This document shows positions 20,431 through 30,576 of a DNA stretch of 64,000 nt, piece after piece. Within the stretch, counting starts at the first letter, position 1; each line of letters opens with the position of its first letter. Under the pieces are notes generated by a model. It was not told where the DNA came from. It saw only the letters and a program-made list of their open reading frames with translations, and searched no databases. Both the position numbers and the translations under genes were made by a program. Source of the DNA: Bacteroidota bacterium (GTDB taxonomy: Bacteria; Bacteroidota; Bacteroidia; 2-12-FULL-35-15); assembly GCA_025963725.1 (NCBI GenBank), contig JAOQAE010000004.1:243616-307615 (forward strand). The letters are read 5' to 3'.

Positions 20431-23283
20431 TTAATGTGAAACGGTTTTTCCATCGGGGTCGAGCTCTGTAAGCTCATAGCCCAGGGCCTGCAGCTTTGCA
20501 TATACCGAGCGGTCGCCCACCACGAGGATCACCATGTTATTATAGGCCAGGTATTTCTTTGCAAGCGCGTCCGTTTCAGCCTTGTGGAGGCCGGCCAGGA
20601 TCTCCTGCCGCTTTTTCATGTAATTCTTATCGAGGTTGTAATACTGCAGGCGCCAGAGCAGGTCGGCCTTCTGATCCGGGCTTTCATAGCTCAGCGCTTC
20701 GTTGAGCACAAAGGATTTCTTAGTCTGCTCCAGCTCATTTTCGGTTACGCCCTTATCGGCATACAGCTTAATTTCTTTCATCAGCTCCACAATGGCGCTG
20801 TCGGTCTGGCCCGATTTCACAGAGGATTTTGCGACAAAGCGGCCCATGTATTTGGTAGCTGAAAAATAGGAATGCGCTCCGTACGAATACCCGTTCTCCT
20901 CGCGGAGGTTCTGATTGATCCTGCAGCTGAAGCCTTCGCCAAGCGGCCCGTTCATGATCATGCATTTGTACTGCTCGCCCACAGGGTTGTATGACGGCGC
21001 GGCGCAGCCGATGCGGATCTCGCTCTGCGCGGCATTTTCCTTGTTCACGAAATAAATGCGCGTTTTATCGATCACCGCGGGAACGATAGGCTTTGCTTCC
21101 TTCTTCAGCTCTCCTGCTTCCCAATCTTTCAGGAAATCCAGCTTCGGCAGCAGCTCCTCCATCCTGATATCTCCAACTACCATCAGCCTTGCATTGTTCG
21201 GCAGGAAATTGCTTTTATAATATTTCTTTACATCGCGCAGGGAAATGTCGCGGATGCTTGCCGTGGTTCCGATAACGGGCGTTCCGGCAATGCTGTTGTT
21301 CTCATAGATCAATTTCAGGAACATGTTATCGGCCAGCACCGATGAGGTTTTCACCTGTGATGCGATCCTGTCGAGCAGGCGGTTCTTCTCCCAGTCGAAC
21401 TCATCATCCACGAACTTGAGGGAGAACAATTTTTCCTGGAGCAGGAGCAGCGTGGCGCTGAGGTTTGCCTTCGTAGAAGTGAGGGTCACAAGGAGGTCGT
21501 CCACGCGGGGCTCGATGTAGATCTCGCTTCCCAGCTTTTTTAATTCGGTGCTGTAATAAACGCCGCGGTGAAACTCGGTGGATTCATTGAACATCCTTGC
21601 CACCAAAGTAGCCACGCCGGCATTGTCGCGCGTTTCATTGGTATGCCCCGCATCTATTGAAATATGAAGCGTTACACAAGGGATCTCATTGTTGTAGATC
21701 CCCATTAATTTCATCCCGTTCGCAAATTCCTGCTGCCAGATCTCCGGCACCTTCACTTCCGGATCGGGGCCAACTACAGGCCTTTTAGAGCGGTCGAAAT
21801 TATCGGTTGATTTTGTATACACCAGGTTCCTGTATTCCGATTCCTCCGGCACAAGCTCCGTACGTTTCGGGATAAGGTAGTTGTCTTTCTTTGCAATGAT
21901 CTTTGACTTTCCTTTCGGGTAAACGCTGAGGATCACTGCGGGCTGGTCCTTGATGTATTTCTCATACACATACAGCACATCCGCTTTCTTTACGTTCATG
22001 TAGCGCTCGTATTCCGACTGGAACATATTCGGATTGCCGTGCAGCCATTCGAAATAGCCGAGCCGCTCTGCCTTGCCCTTGATGGTGGTCATGCGGTCGA
22101 AGAACTGGGTCATGTGATCCGCTTTGAACTTCACCATGTCTTCATCGGTCACTCCGCGCGCCTCAAAATCGGTAAGCACCTTGCGCACATTTTTCTCAAT
22201 ATCAGCAAGGTCTTCGCCGGGAAGGGCGGTGATGGTGATCTCGAACCTGCCTGTTGCTTCGTAGCAGGGATGCGAGGCATCGATGCTGCTGGCCGTGGGT
22301 TCCTGGGCGCCTACAAATTTCCTGTAGAGCAGGTTGGTGCCCGCGCCGCCAAGGATATCGGCAAGCATGTCGAGGGCAGCCTCATCGGGGTGATGCGTGG
22401 GAATGGTAGGGAACACCATTTCAAGCATGGGGTTACGGATGTTATCCTCGTAGGAAACATACCTGTTGCCTTCCAGCTTTACCGGCTCCACTTTCAGCTT
22501 TGGAATGGGCGGGCCGGAAACAATGGAGCCGAAATATTTTTCTGTGAGCGCAACAACCGTTTTCGGATCTACATCGCCTGCAACGATCAGTGTTGCATTG
22601 TTAGGGCCATACCAGCGAAGGAAAAAGCGCTTCAGCTCATTGATGTCGGCACGGTTGAGGTCTTCGATGTAGCCGATAGTAGGCGTGAAGTACGGGTTGG
22701 TAACGGGATAAAGCGCCGCGAACACTTTTTCATCCACGAGGCCATAAGGCTTGTTGTCGTAATTCTGCCCGCGCTCATTCTTAACGATGGCGCGCTGCAG
22801 CTCGAACTTTTTTGCAGTGACGGCATCGAGGAAAAAGCCCATGCGGTCGGACTCCAGCCACAATGCCGTTTCAAGATAATTTGCAGGAACGGTTTCAAAA
22901 TATACGGTGCGGTCAACAGTAGTGTTTCCGTTATTGGTGCCCCCGGCATCGCCGATGATCTTGTGCAGCTCGCCTGCGGCAACGTGATCGGAGCCTTCAA
23001 ACATCATGTGCTCAAAGAAGTGCGCAAAGCCCGAGCGCCCCGCTTCATCACGCGTGGAGCCTACATGATAGATCACTTCCACATGCACCATCGGATCGGA
23101 ATGATCTTCCTGGATGAGCAGCGTTAAGCCGTTATCGAGCTTGTATTTTTCATAGGGAACTACGAGCTTGCCTTCCTGGTTTTCCACTTTTTCAATAAAG
23201 GTGGCTTTGCCTTTCGGGGTTTGAGCAGTAAGGGAGGTGATGAACAATAAAGAGGCAATGCCTGTAAAAATACCGTGTTTCAT
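20431..23283 (-). CDS. M16 (pitrilysin/insulinase) family zinc peptidase, two-unit (secreted)
   Basis: Inverted zincin motif HFFEHMMFEGS (HxxEH). The length gives two M16 halves. I chose the ATG at 23283 (MKHGIFTGIASLLFITSLTAQ signal peptide) over the longer ORF to 23406. Confidence 0.8.
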   Translation of the reverse strand: MKHGIFTGIASLLFITSLTAQTPKGKATFIEKVENQEGKLVVPYEKYKLDNGLTLLIQEDHSDPMVHVEVIYHVGSTRDEAGRSGFAHFFEHMMFEGSDHVAAGELHKIIGDAGGTNNGNTTVDRTVYFETVPANYLETALWLESDRMGFFLDAVTAKKFELQRAIVKNERGQNYDNKPYGLVDEKVFAALYPVTNPYFTPTIGYIEDLNRADINELKRFFLRWYGPNNATLIVAGDVDPKTVVALTEKYFGSIVSGPPIPKLKVEPVKLEGNRYVSYEDNIRNPMLEMVFPTIPTHHPDEAALDMLADILGGAGTNLLYRKFVGAQEPTASSIDASHPCYEATGRFEITITALPGEDLADIEKNVRKVLTDFEARGVTDEDMVKFKADHMTQFFDRMTTIKGKAERLGYFEWLHGNPNMFQSEYERYMNVKKADVLYVYEKYIKDQPAVILSVYPKGKSKIIAKKDNYLIPKRTELVPEESEYRNLVYTKSTDNFDRSKRPVVGPDPEVKVPEIWQQEFANGMKLMGIYNNEIPCVTLHISIDAGHTNETRDNAGVATLVARMFNESTEFHRGVYYSTELKKLGSEIYIEPRVDDLLVTLTSTKANLSATLLLLQEKLFSLKFVDDEFDWEKNRLLDRIASQVKTSSVLADNMFLKLIYENNSIAGTPVIGTTASIRDISLRDVKKYYKSNFLPNNARLMVVGDIRMEELLPKLDFLKDWEAGELKKEAKPIVPAVIDKTRIYFVNKENAAQSEIRIGCAAPSYNPVGEQYKCMIMNGPLGEGFSCRINQNLREENGYSYGAHSYFSATKYMGRFVAKSSVKSGQTDSAIVELMKEIKLYADKGVTENELEQTKKSFVLNEALSYESPDQKADLLWRLQYYNLDKNYMKKRQEILAGLHKAETDALAKKYLAYNNMVILVVGDRSVYAKLQALGYELTELDPDGKTVSH

Positions 23284-23460
23284 GGAATTTCGGGGGATAA
23301 AAGATGGAGCAGGTTCTGTTGTACTGCAAAAATAACAATTTTGAAGATTCGTGACACCGGCCCTGAGAATTAATCCTGCAAGAAAGCGCTTTTTGATATA
23401 TGTCAAATCCCATGAATGGCGGCCTGCCTAATTTTGTATCATAATCAAAAACAAAAAATT

Positions 23461-23871
23461 ATGAAAAAGCCATCAAATGCATTTATTGCTGCCTCCTGGG
23501 TAGCGCTGTTCACGGGAGCTATCGCCTTCAACATCGGTTTGTGGAATGCCGACATGCAGCTGAATGAAAAGGGATATTACTTCACTGTTTTAATGTACGG
23601 GCTGTTCTCCGCTGTTTCGCTGCAAAAGGCGGTGCGTGACCAGCTCGAAGGGATTCCGGTAACAATGATCTATTACGGCATCAGCTGGATCTCCACGATT
23701 CTTTCCATCCTGCTGCTGGTGGTCGGCCTCTGGAATGCAACTTTATTAAGAAGTGAGAAAGGGTTTTACGGAATGTCGTTCACGCTCGCGCTTTTTGCCG
23801 CTGTTGCGGTTCAGAAGAACATCCGCGATATGCACATTGCGGATCGTGTGAAAGAGGATAAGGTTGAGTAG
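23461..23871 (+). CDS. YiaA/YiaB-family inner membrane protein (two tandem 2-TM repeats)
   Basis: Two homologous halves with paired TM helices ([18 protein letters not shown]... / [18 protein letters not shown]...). I chose the ATG at 23461 (MKKPS). Confidence 0.55.
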   Translation: MKKPSNAFIAASWVALFTGAIAFNIGLWNADMQLNEKGYYFTVLMYGLFSAVSLQKAVRDQLEGIPVTMIYYGISWISTILSILLLVVGLWNATLLRSEKGFYGMSFTLALFAAVAVQKNIRDMHIADRVKEDKVE

Positions 23872-23927
23872 GTGGGAGTAGGAGGTAGGAGGTTGGAGGT
23901 TGGAGAGCTGAGGTTGGAGGCGGCAGA
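23872..23927. repeat. G-rich imperfect heptamer tandem repeat (GTTGGAG-like, 8 units) immediately after the stop codon
   Basis: gtgggag taggag gtaggag gttggag gttggag agctgag gttggag gcggcag, read directly. Confidence 0.7.
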
Positions 23928-23996
23928 TCGCGGGGATGTCTTAGAACTGTCATTCTGAGCGTAATGAAATGAAGCGAAGAATCTTGTTGAATAGTA

Positions 23997-24026
23997 CCGC
24001 CAGGGCAAATCCTGGCGGTTTTTTAT
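23997..24026 (+). terminator. Rho-independent terminator (CCGCCAGG-GCAAAT-CCTGGCGG + TTTTTT)
   Basis: 8-bp perfect stem plus a T-run. It lies between convergent genes (yiaAB-like on + and the ceramidase-like gene on -). Confidence 0.8.
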
Positions 24027-24030
24027 TTGT

Positions 24031-24775
24031 TTACTTCCTCATCCCATAAAGAAAAATAAACGGCGCCAGCGCTGCGAAGAAATGCTTTAATGTATGCCCG
24101 CTGAGAAAAGGTGTGAAGTCAAAAATAAGCCGGTCGGAGCTTTCAAAGAATTTAGACAATGCATAGGCGAGCAGCATCAGCCATATATACGACGCATTGG
24201 GCGGTGCCGGCCTGAACAGCAGCATGATCATCGGAATGAGAAGCATCGGGAGAAACTGTACAAGAATGTATAAGCGCAGGTCGCCATGCCCCTGCAGCTC
24301 CGTGTAATGCCAGTAAAGCACAGAACTGATCCCGAGAAGTATCAAAGGTAAGAGCAGTATTTTCCCTTTTCTCTGACTGATGTATTCTGAAATAATAATT
24401 GAAAAGAACGACATGAAGGAAATGGCCATCGGCAGCCTGTCCCATACAAGAGAAGTGTTATCAGGATGAAGATGATACCATCCCGAGCCGATCCCGGTAA
24501 AGGTGATCCCAAGGAAGAACATAAGATAAGCAGGATGTTTTGATACTGAATAGTTATCCCGGAACAGCAGGTAAAGAATGCCGAGCATTCCGGCAACGAG
24601 GAATGGAAGGTTGGAAATAACATTCCAGAAATTCGGAATGCCGAAGCAGCTGCGCGCATCTGCAAATGAGTGATAAGCCGGATCCTGCGCAAGCGGATGC
24701 ATGAAGGTGATGCCAATGCAGGCAATAAAGATAAGAGAGATGACGATCCTTGCTTTTTCGTTTTTGTTGTTCATG
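24031..24775 (-). CDS. Ceramidase-like (alkaline ceramidase/PF05875-like) multi-pass membrane protein
   Basis: Seven hydrophobic segments; the N-terminal region YHSFADARSCFGIPNFWNVISNLPF resembles the ceramidase family. Start chosen at MNNKNEKARI (24775) rather than the longer ORF. Confidence 0.4.
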
Positions 24776-25000
24776 TGAGAGTGTTTTTTGTTGAAGCAAA
24801 GGTCATGCGCTGTACGCGGATCGCCTTTGACAATTATCAAAAAAACAGGTTTGAAAAATGTTCAGTCCGTTTTGCCTCGATCATCTCGCAGTAGTACTGT
24901 GCGCCGTCAGTTCGAGTGCCCTTCCTTTTTCAGGAAGGGTGTATCGAGAACGCGCGGAGGCTGAACTACATAATTTTAGTACTTTTAAAAAAAATTCCCG

Positions 25001-26530
25001 ATGAAAAATCCTGCTCTTCTCTTTGCTTTATTTTTATTGGCAGCCTGCTCTGCGGAAGCTCCGAAAGAAGAGGCTGCAATACCCGATTTTTGCTCTTCCA
25101 TACATCCCGCTGCCCACGATGGGCTTAGCAGGCGATTGGATTCGCTTGCAGGAATAATGGAGCATAAAACCGGCGTGTATGTGCTGGAAGACGGCGACGG
25201 CTCCATGGTATCACGCGCATGGCTTTGCGAGAATGCGGAAAAGAGCATCGACATCCAATACTTTATTTTCTCTACCGACAATGTAGGTTTGATCGCTGCG
25301 GATTACCTGGTGCGCGCTGCCGACAGAGGGATTAAAGTGCGAATCCTCGTGGATGATGTGATGGTGGAAGCGGATGATAAAAAGCTGCTGACGCTCGATT
25401 CGCATGAGAACATCAGCATAAAGATTTACAACCCTTCCGCCAACGTGGGAAAAAATATTGCAGAGAAGCTGAACAGCATGAAACTGAATTTTGCGGGCTT
25501 CAACCAGCGGATGCACAATAAGACCTTTACAGTGGATGGCAAGGTGGTGATCACGGGCGGACGAAACATCGCGGATGAATATTTCGATTACGATCATGAA
25601 TATAACTTCCGCGATCGCGATGTATTGCTGATCGGCGGAGTGGTAAAGGATGTGCAGCGCTCATTTGATGAATTCTGGAACAGCCCCCTGAGCGTTGATG
25701 TAACGAGGCTGGTGGATACTGCCGGCTTTGATTTTAACGCAGCGGGCAAGTTCGATCAGCTGCACCTGTATGCCTGCGATTCAGCTAATTTCTGGCCGCA
25801 GGTACGGGAAAAGATAAAGAATGTTCCTCTTGCATTTGATGAGATCAGCAGGTCGGGAAAGCTGCGGTGGGTTGACAGCGTGGTGTTCGTAAGCGACATC
25901 CCGGGAAAGAACGATGGCTCCAAAGGGCTTGCCGGAGGCGGCATTTCAACCGATGCGCTCATCAGCCTTGTGAAAAATGCAAAGCGCTCCATCCTGATCC
26001 AGTCGCCCTACCTCATTACCACCGCCCTTGGCAAAACGCTGTTTGCAGATGCGGTGAAAAGAGGTGTGGAAGTAAGGATCATGACCAACAGCCTCGCTTC
26101 AACGGATAACCTGGAAGCTTTCAGCGGCTACCAGCGCGACCGTACGGAGCTGCTGCTTACGGGAGCCCGCATCTTCGAGTTCCGGCCCGATGCAGCAGTG
26201 CGCTATAAAATAATGACGGCGGCATTGCAACGAAAAATAAATTACACGCCGGTGTTTGGCCTGCATGCAAAGTCGATGGTGATCGATGGAAAGATCACGG
26301 TGATCGGCACCTTTAACCTTGATCCGCGCAGCGCCAACCTCAACACGGAATGCGTTACGGTGATCTATTCCGAAGCGATCACGAAGGAAGTGCAGAAAGG
26401 CATGGAGGAGGAGCTGAAGCCGGAGAACTCCTGGGAAACGACCTTGAAATTTAATCCCGATGCGGAAGCCGGGCTGAAAAAGCGATTGAAGTTACAGCCG
26501 ATGAAGCTGATCCCCAAGGATATTTTGTAA
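25001..26530 (+). CDS. Phospholipase D-family lipoprotein (two HKD motifs; cardiolipin-synthase-like fold)
   Basis: Lipobox LLAACSA. HKD-1 is HNKTFTVDGKVVITGGRNIADEY and HKD-2 is HAKSMVIDGKITVIGTFNLDPRS. Confidence 0.85.
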   Translation: MKNPALLFALFLLAACSAEAPKEEAAIPDFCSSIHPAAHDGLSRRLDSLAGIMEHKTGVYVLEDGDGSMVSRAWLCENAEKSIDIQYFIFSTDNVGLIAADYLVRAADRGIKVRILVDDVMVEADDKKLLTLDSHENISIKIYNPSANVGKNIAEKLNSMKLNFAGFNQRMHNKTFTVDGKVVITGGRNIADEYFDYDHEYNFRDRDVLLIGGVVKDVQRSFDEFWNSPLSVDVTRLVDTAGFDFNAAGKFDQLHLYACDSANFWPQVREKIKNVPLAFDEISRSGKLRWVDSVVFVSDIPGKNDGSKGLAGGGISTDALISLVKNAKRSILIQSPYLITTALGKTLFADAVKRGVEVRIMTNSLASTDNLEAFSGYQRDRTELLLTGARIFEFRPDAAVRYKIMTAALQRKINYTPVFGLHAKSMVIDGKITVIGTFNLDPRSANLNTECVTVIYSEAITKEVQKGMEEELKPENSWETTLKFNPDAEAGLKKRLKLQPMKLIPKDIL

Positions 26531-26593
26531 GCGCTGTTTTATTTGCGGAATTTCAGTTACCTTCATCTCCTCTAAGCAGAACAGGCGAATTCA

Positions 26594-28696
26594 ATGATCC
26601 CGCATTTCATACATAAAGCAGTAATACTCTCTCTTTTCATTTCTCTTTTTTCGGTACAGGCAATGGCGCAGGAGCGCATCATCGATTCCCTGGAGCGTGA
26701 GCTCGGAAAGCTCGATCAGGCTTCTCAGGGAATCAGCGCCGACACGTCCCGGATCAAGCTTTATTATGCGCTTGCTGAAAAATTCTACAGCGAAACAGAC
26801 CAGGCCAATGAGCAGCTGCATACCGATAAGGCTTTGGGGCTTATCGATTCACTGCTTGAAAGCGATCCCGCTAAGGAGATCAAAGACTGGCTCCTGCACC
26901 AGCAGGCCATCGGCTTTGGAAATAAAGGCAATTATTTCAGCGATATCGGTGACCTTCCGAAGGCGCTCGATTATTATTTCAGGGCGTTAAGAATTGATGA
27001 GAGCCTCGGGCACCTTGCCGGGATGGAACGGCACCTGTGTAACATCGCTATTGTGTACGATGATCTCGGCGACCATACAAAATCACTGAATTATTATTTC
27101 AGGGCGCTGAAATATGCAAAGGCGATGGAGGGAAAAAGTGCTGAGGCCGATCTCTACGGAAATATTGCCACCGCATACATGGACATACATGATAACAAGC
27201 GTGCATTGAGCTATTGCGCACGCGCGCTCAAAATTTACGAAGAGCTGAAAGATACTTCCGGGATCGCCTTTGTATTCGGGAACATCGGGCTGATCTATAG
27301 AGACATTGCGCTTCAGCAGAAGGATAAGGGCAAGGCGCCTGCAGAGATCGCCGAGTTCTTTACGGCTGTTACCTATTTCAAAAAAGCGCTGGCATACATC
27401 GGTGAGGACGGTGAGAGATCAACAAGGCTGATCAACCTCGGCAGCCTTGGATCCGTGTATATTGATATGCAGAAGTATGACGAGGCAGAGAAATACCTGT
27501 TGCAGTCGCTGAAGCTTTCAAAGGAGATCAGCGATATATATGGTGTGATGTCGACCTCGGAGCACCTGAGCGACCTGTATGCTGGAATGGCTAAGCAGAA
27601 AGGGATCACGCCGCAGCAAAAGATCGCTTACCTGGAGCAGTCGTATGAGCGCCTGCTGGATCACAAGGAGGCTAAGGACTCGATCTTCAACCAGGACAAA
27701 ACAAGCGACATCACCCGCAAGGAGATGAGCTATGAATATGAAAAGAAGGAGGCCATCGCGAAAGCGACAGCTGCCGCTGAAAAGCGCACACAGCACATCA
27801 TCATCGGGTCGGTGATCGGCGGACTGCTGCTATCGCTTGTTTTCCTCGTGTTTATTTTCCGTTCCCTCCGCATCACGCGAAAGCAGAACCTGATGATCGA
27901 GCAGCAGAAGCAGGAGGTGGAAGAGCACAGGAAAGGCATCATCGATTCGATCACGTATGCGCGGCGCATCCAGGAAGCATTGCTGAAATCGGAAGACCAC
28001 ATTACCGCGCACCTGCCGGAACATTTTGTTTTGTACAAGCCAAAAGATATTGTTTCCGGTGATTTTTACTGGAGCAGCGAGAAAAGGGGCTATTGGTATC
28101 TCTGTGTGGCCGATTGCACGGGACATGGTGTTCCGGGCGCATTCATGAGCATGCTTGGGATCGCTTACCTTAACGAGATCACCGCGTCGGAGCAGCTGCT
28201 TACGCCTGCGGAGATCCTCAACAGGCTGCGTGAAAAGATCGTAAAGGAATTGAAGCAAACGGGTGAGGCTGGCGAAAGCCAGGACGGGATGGATCTTTCC
28301 ATGATGCGCTACAACCTGCAGAGCGGTGAAATGACGTGGTGCGGCGCCAACAATGCCTTGTGGATCTCATCACAGGAGAACGGCGCCTCAGTGATAAAAG
28401 TGGTAGAGCCCGATAAGCAGCCGATCGGGTATACGATCAACGCGGTGCCTTTCACCGACCATGAAATAAAGCTGAAAAAGAATGATACGGTGTATTTATT
28501 CAGTGATGGCTATGCCGACCAGTTCGGTGGCCCGAAAGGAAAGAAGTTCAAGAGCAAGCACCTGCAGGAGAAATTAATTTCCATCAGCGCACTTCCTGTG
28601 AGCAAACAAAAAGATGAGCTGGATGCCACGTTCGAAGCCTGGAGGGGAAGCCTCGAGCAGCTGGACGATGTAGCGATCATTGGCATCAGGATCTAA
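26594..28696 (+). CDS. TPR-repeat sensor with a C-terminal PP2C/SpoIIE-type serine phosphatase domain
   Basis: Signal peptide, TPR repeats (YYFRALRIDESLG..., YYFRALKYAKAMEG...), a TM segment (IIIGSVIGGLLLSLVFLVFIF), then PP2C/SpoIIE motifs DFYW...CVADCTGHGVPGAFMSML...LFSDGYADQFG. Confidence 0.75.
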   Translation: MIPHFIHKAVILSLFISLFSVQAMAQERIIDSLERELGKLDQASQGISADTSRIKLYYALAEKFYSETDQANEQLHTDKALGLIDSLLESDPAKEIKDWLLHQQAIGFGNKGNYFSDIGDLPKALDYYFRALRIDESLGHLAGMERHLCNIAIVYDDLGDHTKSLNYYFRALKYAKAMEGKSAEADLYGNIATAYMDIHDNKRALSYCARALKIYEELKDTSGIAFVFGNIGLIYRDIALQQKDKGKAPAEIAEFFTAVTYFKKALAYIGEDGERSTRLINLGSLGSVYIDMQKYDEAEKYLLQSLKLSKEISDIYGVMSTSEHLSDLYAGMAKQKGITPQQKIAYLEQSYERLLDHKEAKDSIFNQDKTSDITRKEMSYEYEKKEAIAKATAAAEKRTQHIIIGSVIGGLLLSLVFLVFIFRSLRITRKQNLMIEQQKQEVEEHRKGIIDSITYARRIQEALLKSEDHITAHLPEHFVLYKPKDIVSGDFYWSSEKRGYWYLCVADCTGHGVPGAFMSMLGIAYLNEITASEQLLTPAEILNRLREKIVKELKQTGEAGESQDGMDLSMMRYNLQSGEMTWCGANNALWISSQENGASVIKVVEPDKQPIGYTINAVPFTDHEIKLKKNDTVYLFSDGYADQFGGPKGKKFKSKHLQEKLISISALPVSKQKDELDATFEAWRGSLEQLDDVAIIGIRI

Positions 28697-28713
28697 CCCG
28701 ATGAGCCCGCATG

Positions 28714-29103
28714 CTAATTGTCCTTATCCTCTTTTTTCTTGAAAAATCCGGCCAGTTTCAGGGCGGCTGATTGGATGCCATCCTGGTTTTTTGCAACGAA
28801 GTGTGTTACGCTCATTTGCAGCAATGTGCCTAAAATATTCTTGATGGGATTTAATCCGCCTCCCGTAACGATCCTTTTCGAAATATAGCCTGCAGCAACG
28901 CTCAGGCCAGTGCCGAGAAGGTCGTCCTTGATCCCGGGTTCCCTCATTATGTTCTTTAAAGCGTTCTTCACCAGGTTAGCCGGCTTGAGGCTTTCATAGG
29001 TGCTGGCGAACTGTTCCTTGAGCAGCAGGCCTTCCTCTGCCTGTCTTATTTCGAGCAGGAGGATCGAGGCTTTCAGTTCCTGTGATGTTGTGATCTTTTG
29101 CAT
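28714..29103 (-). CDS. Hypothetical protein (129 aa), third member of the YtxH / holin-X cluster
   Basis: ORF with an ATG start, tightly packed (5 bp) with the holin-like gene. No motif recognised. Confidence 0.45.
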   Translation of the reverse strand: MQKITTSQELKASILLLEIRQAEEGLLLKEQFASTYESLKPANLVKNALKNIMREPGIKDDLLGTGLSVAAGYISKRIVTGGGLNPIKNILGTLLQMSVTHFVAKNQDGIQSAALKLAGFFKKKEDKDN

Positions 29104-29108
29104 GTGGC

Positions 29109-29450
29109 TTAGCTAAGCAGTTGTGAAATGATGGAATTACTGATGTAGTTCTTGATCCGCTTATGCATGAAGAAATATAAAATACCCCCGACAATGCCGT
29201 AAAAGGCCGATACACAAAAGAATCCGAGATATGTTTTTCCGAGCAGCTCTCCGAGCCACAGCGCTATTCCAATATTCGCAACCACGGTGAACATGGAAAG
29301 GAAAAGAATGGCGAGGCCCCGCGAGGCTAAGCTGGAGGTGAGGCTTGCTGTCCTGTCAACTGTTTTCAGCTTGAGGAGCTCGTAGCTCGTTCTTCCGTAT
29401 GCTTCAGCCCTTTCAACAAGGGGCTCGATAAATTTGATCGGATCTTCCAT
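29109..29450 (-). CDS. Phage holin family protein (Holin-X / holin superfamily III-like membrane protein)
   Basis: 113 aa with two TM helices (LAILFLSMFTVVANIGIALWL / FFCVSAFYGIVGGILYFFM); the pattern matches the putative Holin-X family, which is commonly paired with YtxH in Bacteroidota. Confidence 0.55.
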   Translation of the reverse strand: MEDPIKFIEPLVERAEAYGRTSYELLKLKTVDRTASLTSSLASRGLAILFLSMFTVVANIGIALWLGELLGKTYLGFFCVSAFYGIVGGILYFFMHKRIKNYISNSIISQLLS

Positions 29451-29486
29451 AAGTTTTATTTTTTTACCGGGGGTATTTATTATTTG

Positions 29487-29765
29487 TTAGCTGATCGCGT
29501 CTTTAACGTCTCTTTTGATTCCCTCTGCCTTTGCCTTACCTTGTTCGTAAAGGCCCGCAGCTTCTTCTTTGGCCGCTTCCAGCTTTTGTGACAGGCCGGC
29601 AAGCAGCTCATCAAATTTTTCTTTCAGCTCATCCGTTGTTTCGGAACCTTTTGTTACGATCTTTTTTCTTGTTTCCGAGCCTTTGTCGGGTGCGAATAAA
29701 ATTCCCAGCACTGCACCTACGGCAACGCCCGCCAATACGCCTAATACTACTTTTCCTGAATTCAT
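29487..29765 (-). CDS. YtxH domain-containing general stress protein
   Basis: N-terminal TM (VVLGVLAGVAVGAVLGILFAPDKGSETRKKI) followed by an Ala/Lys/Glu-rich coiled region, typical of YtxH. Confidence 0.7.
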   Translation of the reverse strand: MNSGKVVLGVLAGVAVGAVLGILFAPDKGSETRKKIVTKGSETTDELKEKFDELLAGLSQKLEAAKEEAAGLYEQGKAKAEGIKRDVKDAIS

Positions 29766-29797
29766 GTTGTTGGTTTTAGAATGATTAATAATGTGGA

Positions 29798-29950
29798 TTA
29801 AAGCCTGTTGCCGCTGATGACCCTGAACAGCACGGCGATTATCGCAATCACAAGAAGGATGTGAATAATGCCGCCTGCGCTGTAGCCGATAAAGCCAATG
29901 GCCCAGATGATAACAAGTATTACTGCGATGGTGTATAGTAGGTTTCCCAT
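29798..29950 (-). CDS. lmo0937-family small membrane protein (51 aa); not in the supplied ORF track
   Basis: Manual translation of the complement of 29798-29950: MGNLLYTIAVILVIIWAIGFIGYSAGGIIHILLVIAIIAVLFRVISGNRL*. This is the characteristic two-helix ~50-aa family. Confidence 0.65.
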   Translation of the reverse strand: MGNLLYTIAVILVIIWAIGFIGYSAGGIIHILLVIAIIAVLFRVISGNRL

Positions 29951-29976
29951 TGTTTGTTTGTTTGTTTGTTTGTTTT
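29951..29976. repeat. (TGTT)6 tetranucleotide repeat, i.e. (AACA)6 on the mRNA, abutting the start codon of the lmo0937-family gene
   Basis: tgtttgtttgtttgtttgtttgtt read directly; it begins at the base after the ATG complement. Confidence 0.9.
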
Positions 29977-30002
29977 GTGTTTATTTTATGAGTGATTGAT
30001 CT

Positions 30003-30572
30003 CTAAAAGTGCAGTGCAAGCCCGAACGTAGACACACCGGTTGAGAGGTCGAGGAATAATCCTGCCTTTTGAGTCATGTGATATTCGGCTCCAACATGCG
30101 CATCAAGATATAATGGGCTTGAAGTCTGGTAAACGTGCTTGTCGCCGTAATATTCGCTTTCCCACACTACATTCCTGTATACAAAGCCCACTGAGCCTGC
30201 TGCATAGAAATCCCATTTAGGCCCTGCACGAAACAGCTCATCAAAATAATAGGTTGCTTTTACTCCCACAGGCACTGCAATTACGCGGTACGAATAAGAG
30301 CGGTAATATGGATCGCCATGATTCGGGTTGTTCCAGTAGTAATAATTGCGGTAAGAATAGATGCCTACAAATGGCGCAAGTGTGAAATTCCTTACCACAT
30401 CAAATTCGTAGTTCAGCGTTCCAACAGGCAGTGTATGGCCAACGTAGCCATAGTAGCCGATGCCTGCACCAAGGTTAAGCGTGTTTCCGAATTTTTCCCT
30501 GTCGGGCTTGTCCTGGGCATTCATTGCAAATGATGTGATCAGTGCAATGGAAATCATAATGTACTTTTTCAT
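30003..30572 (-). CDS. Outer-membrane beta-barrel protein (small porin-like, 189 aa)
   Basis: Signal peptide MKKYIMISIALITSFAMNAQ, alternating amphipathic beta-strands rich in Y/G, and a C-terminal aromatic residue (F). Confidence 0.55.
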   Translation of the reverse strand: MKKYIMISIALITSFAMNAQDKPDREKFGNTLNLGAGIGYYGYVGHTLPVGTLNYEFDVVRNFTLAPFVGIYSYRNYYYWNNPNHGDPYYRSYSYRVIAVPVGVKATYYFDELFRAGPKWDFYAAGSVGFVYRNVVWESEYYGDKHVYQTSSPLYLDAHVGAEYHMTQKAGLFLDLSTGVSTFGLALHF

Positions 30573-30576
30573 AATC

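Noticed and set aside
20431-23406. Longer start (MTYIKKRFLAG...) for the M16 peptidase
   Set aside because: The internal ATG at 23283 begins a canonical signal peptide (MKHGIFTGIASLLFITSLTAQ). The 41-aa extension is non-hydrophobic and Cys-rich, and it reaches into the divergent promoter region.
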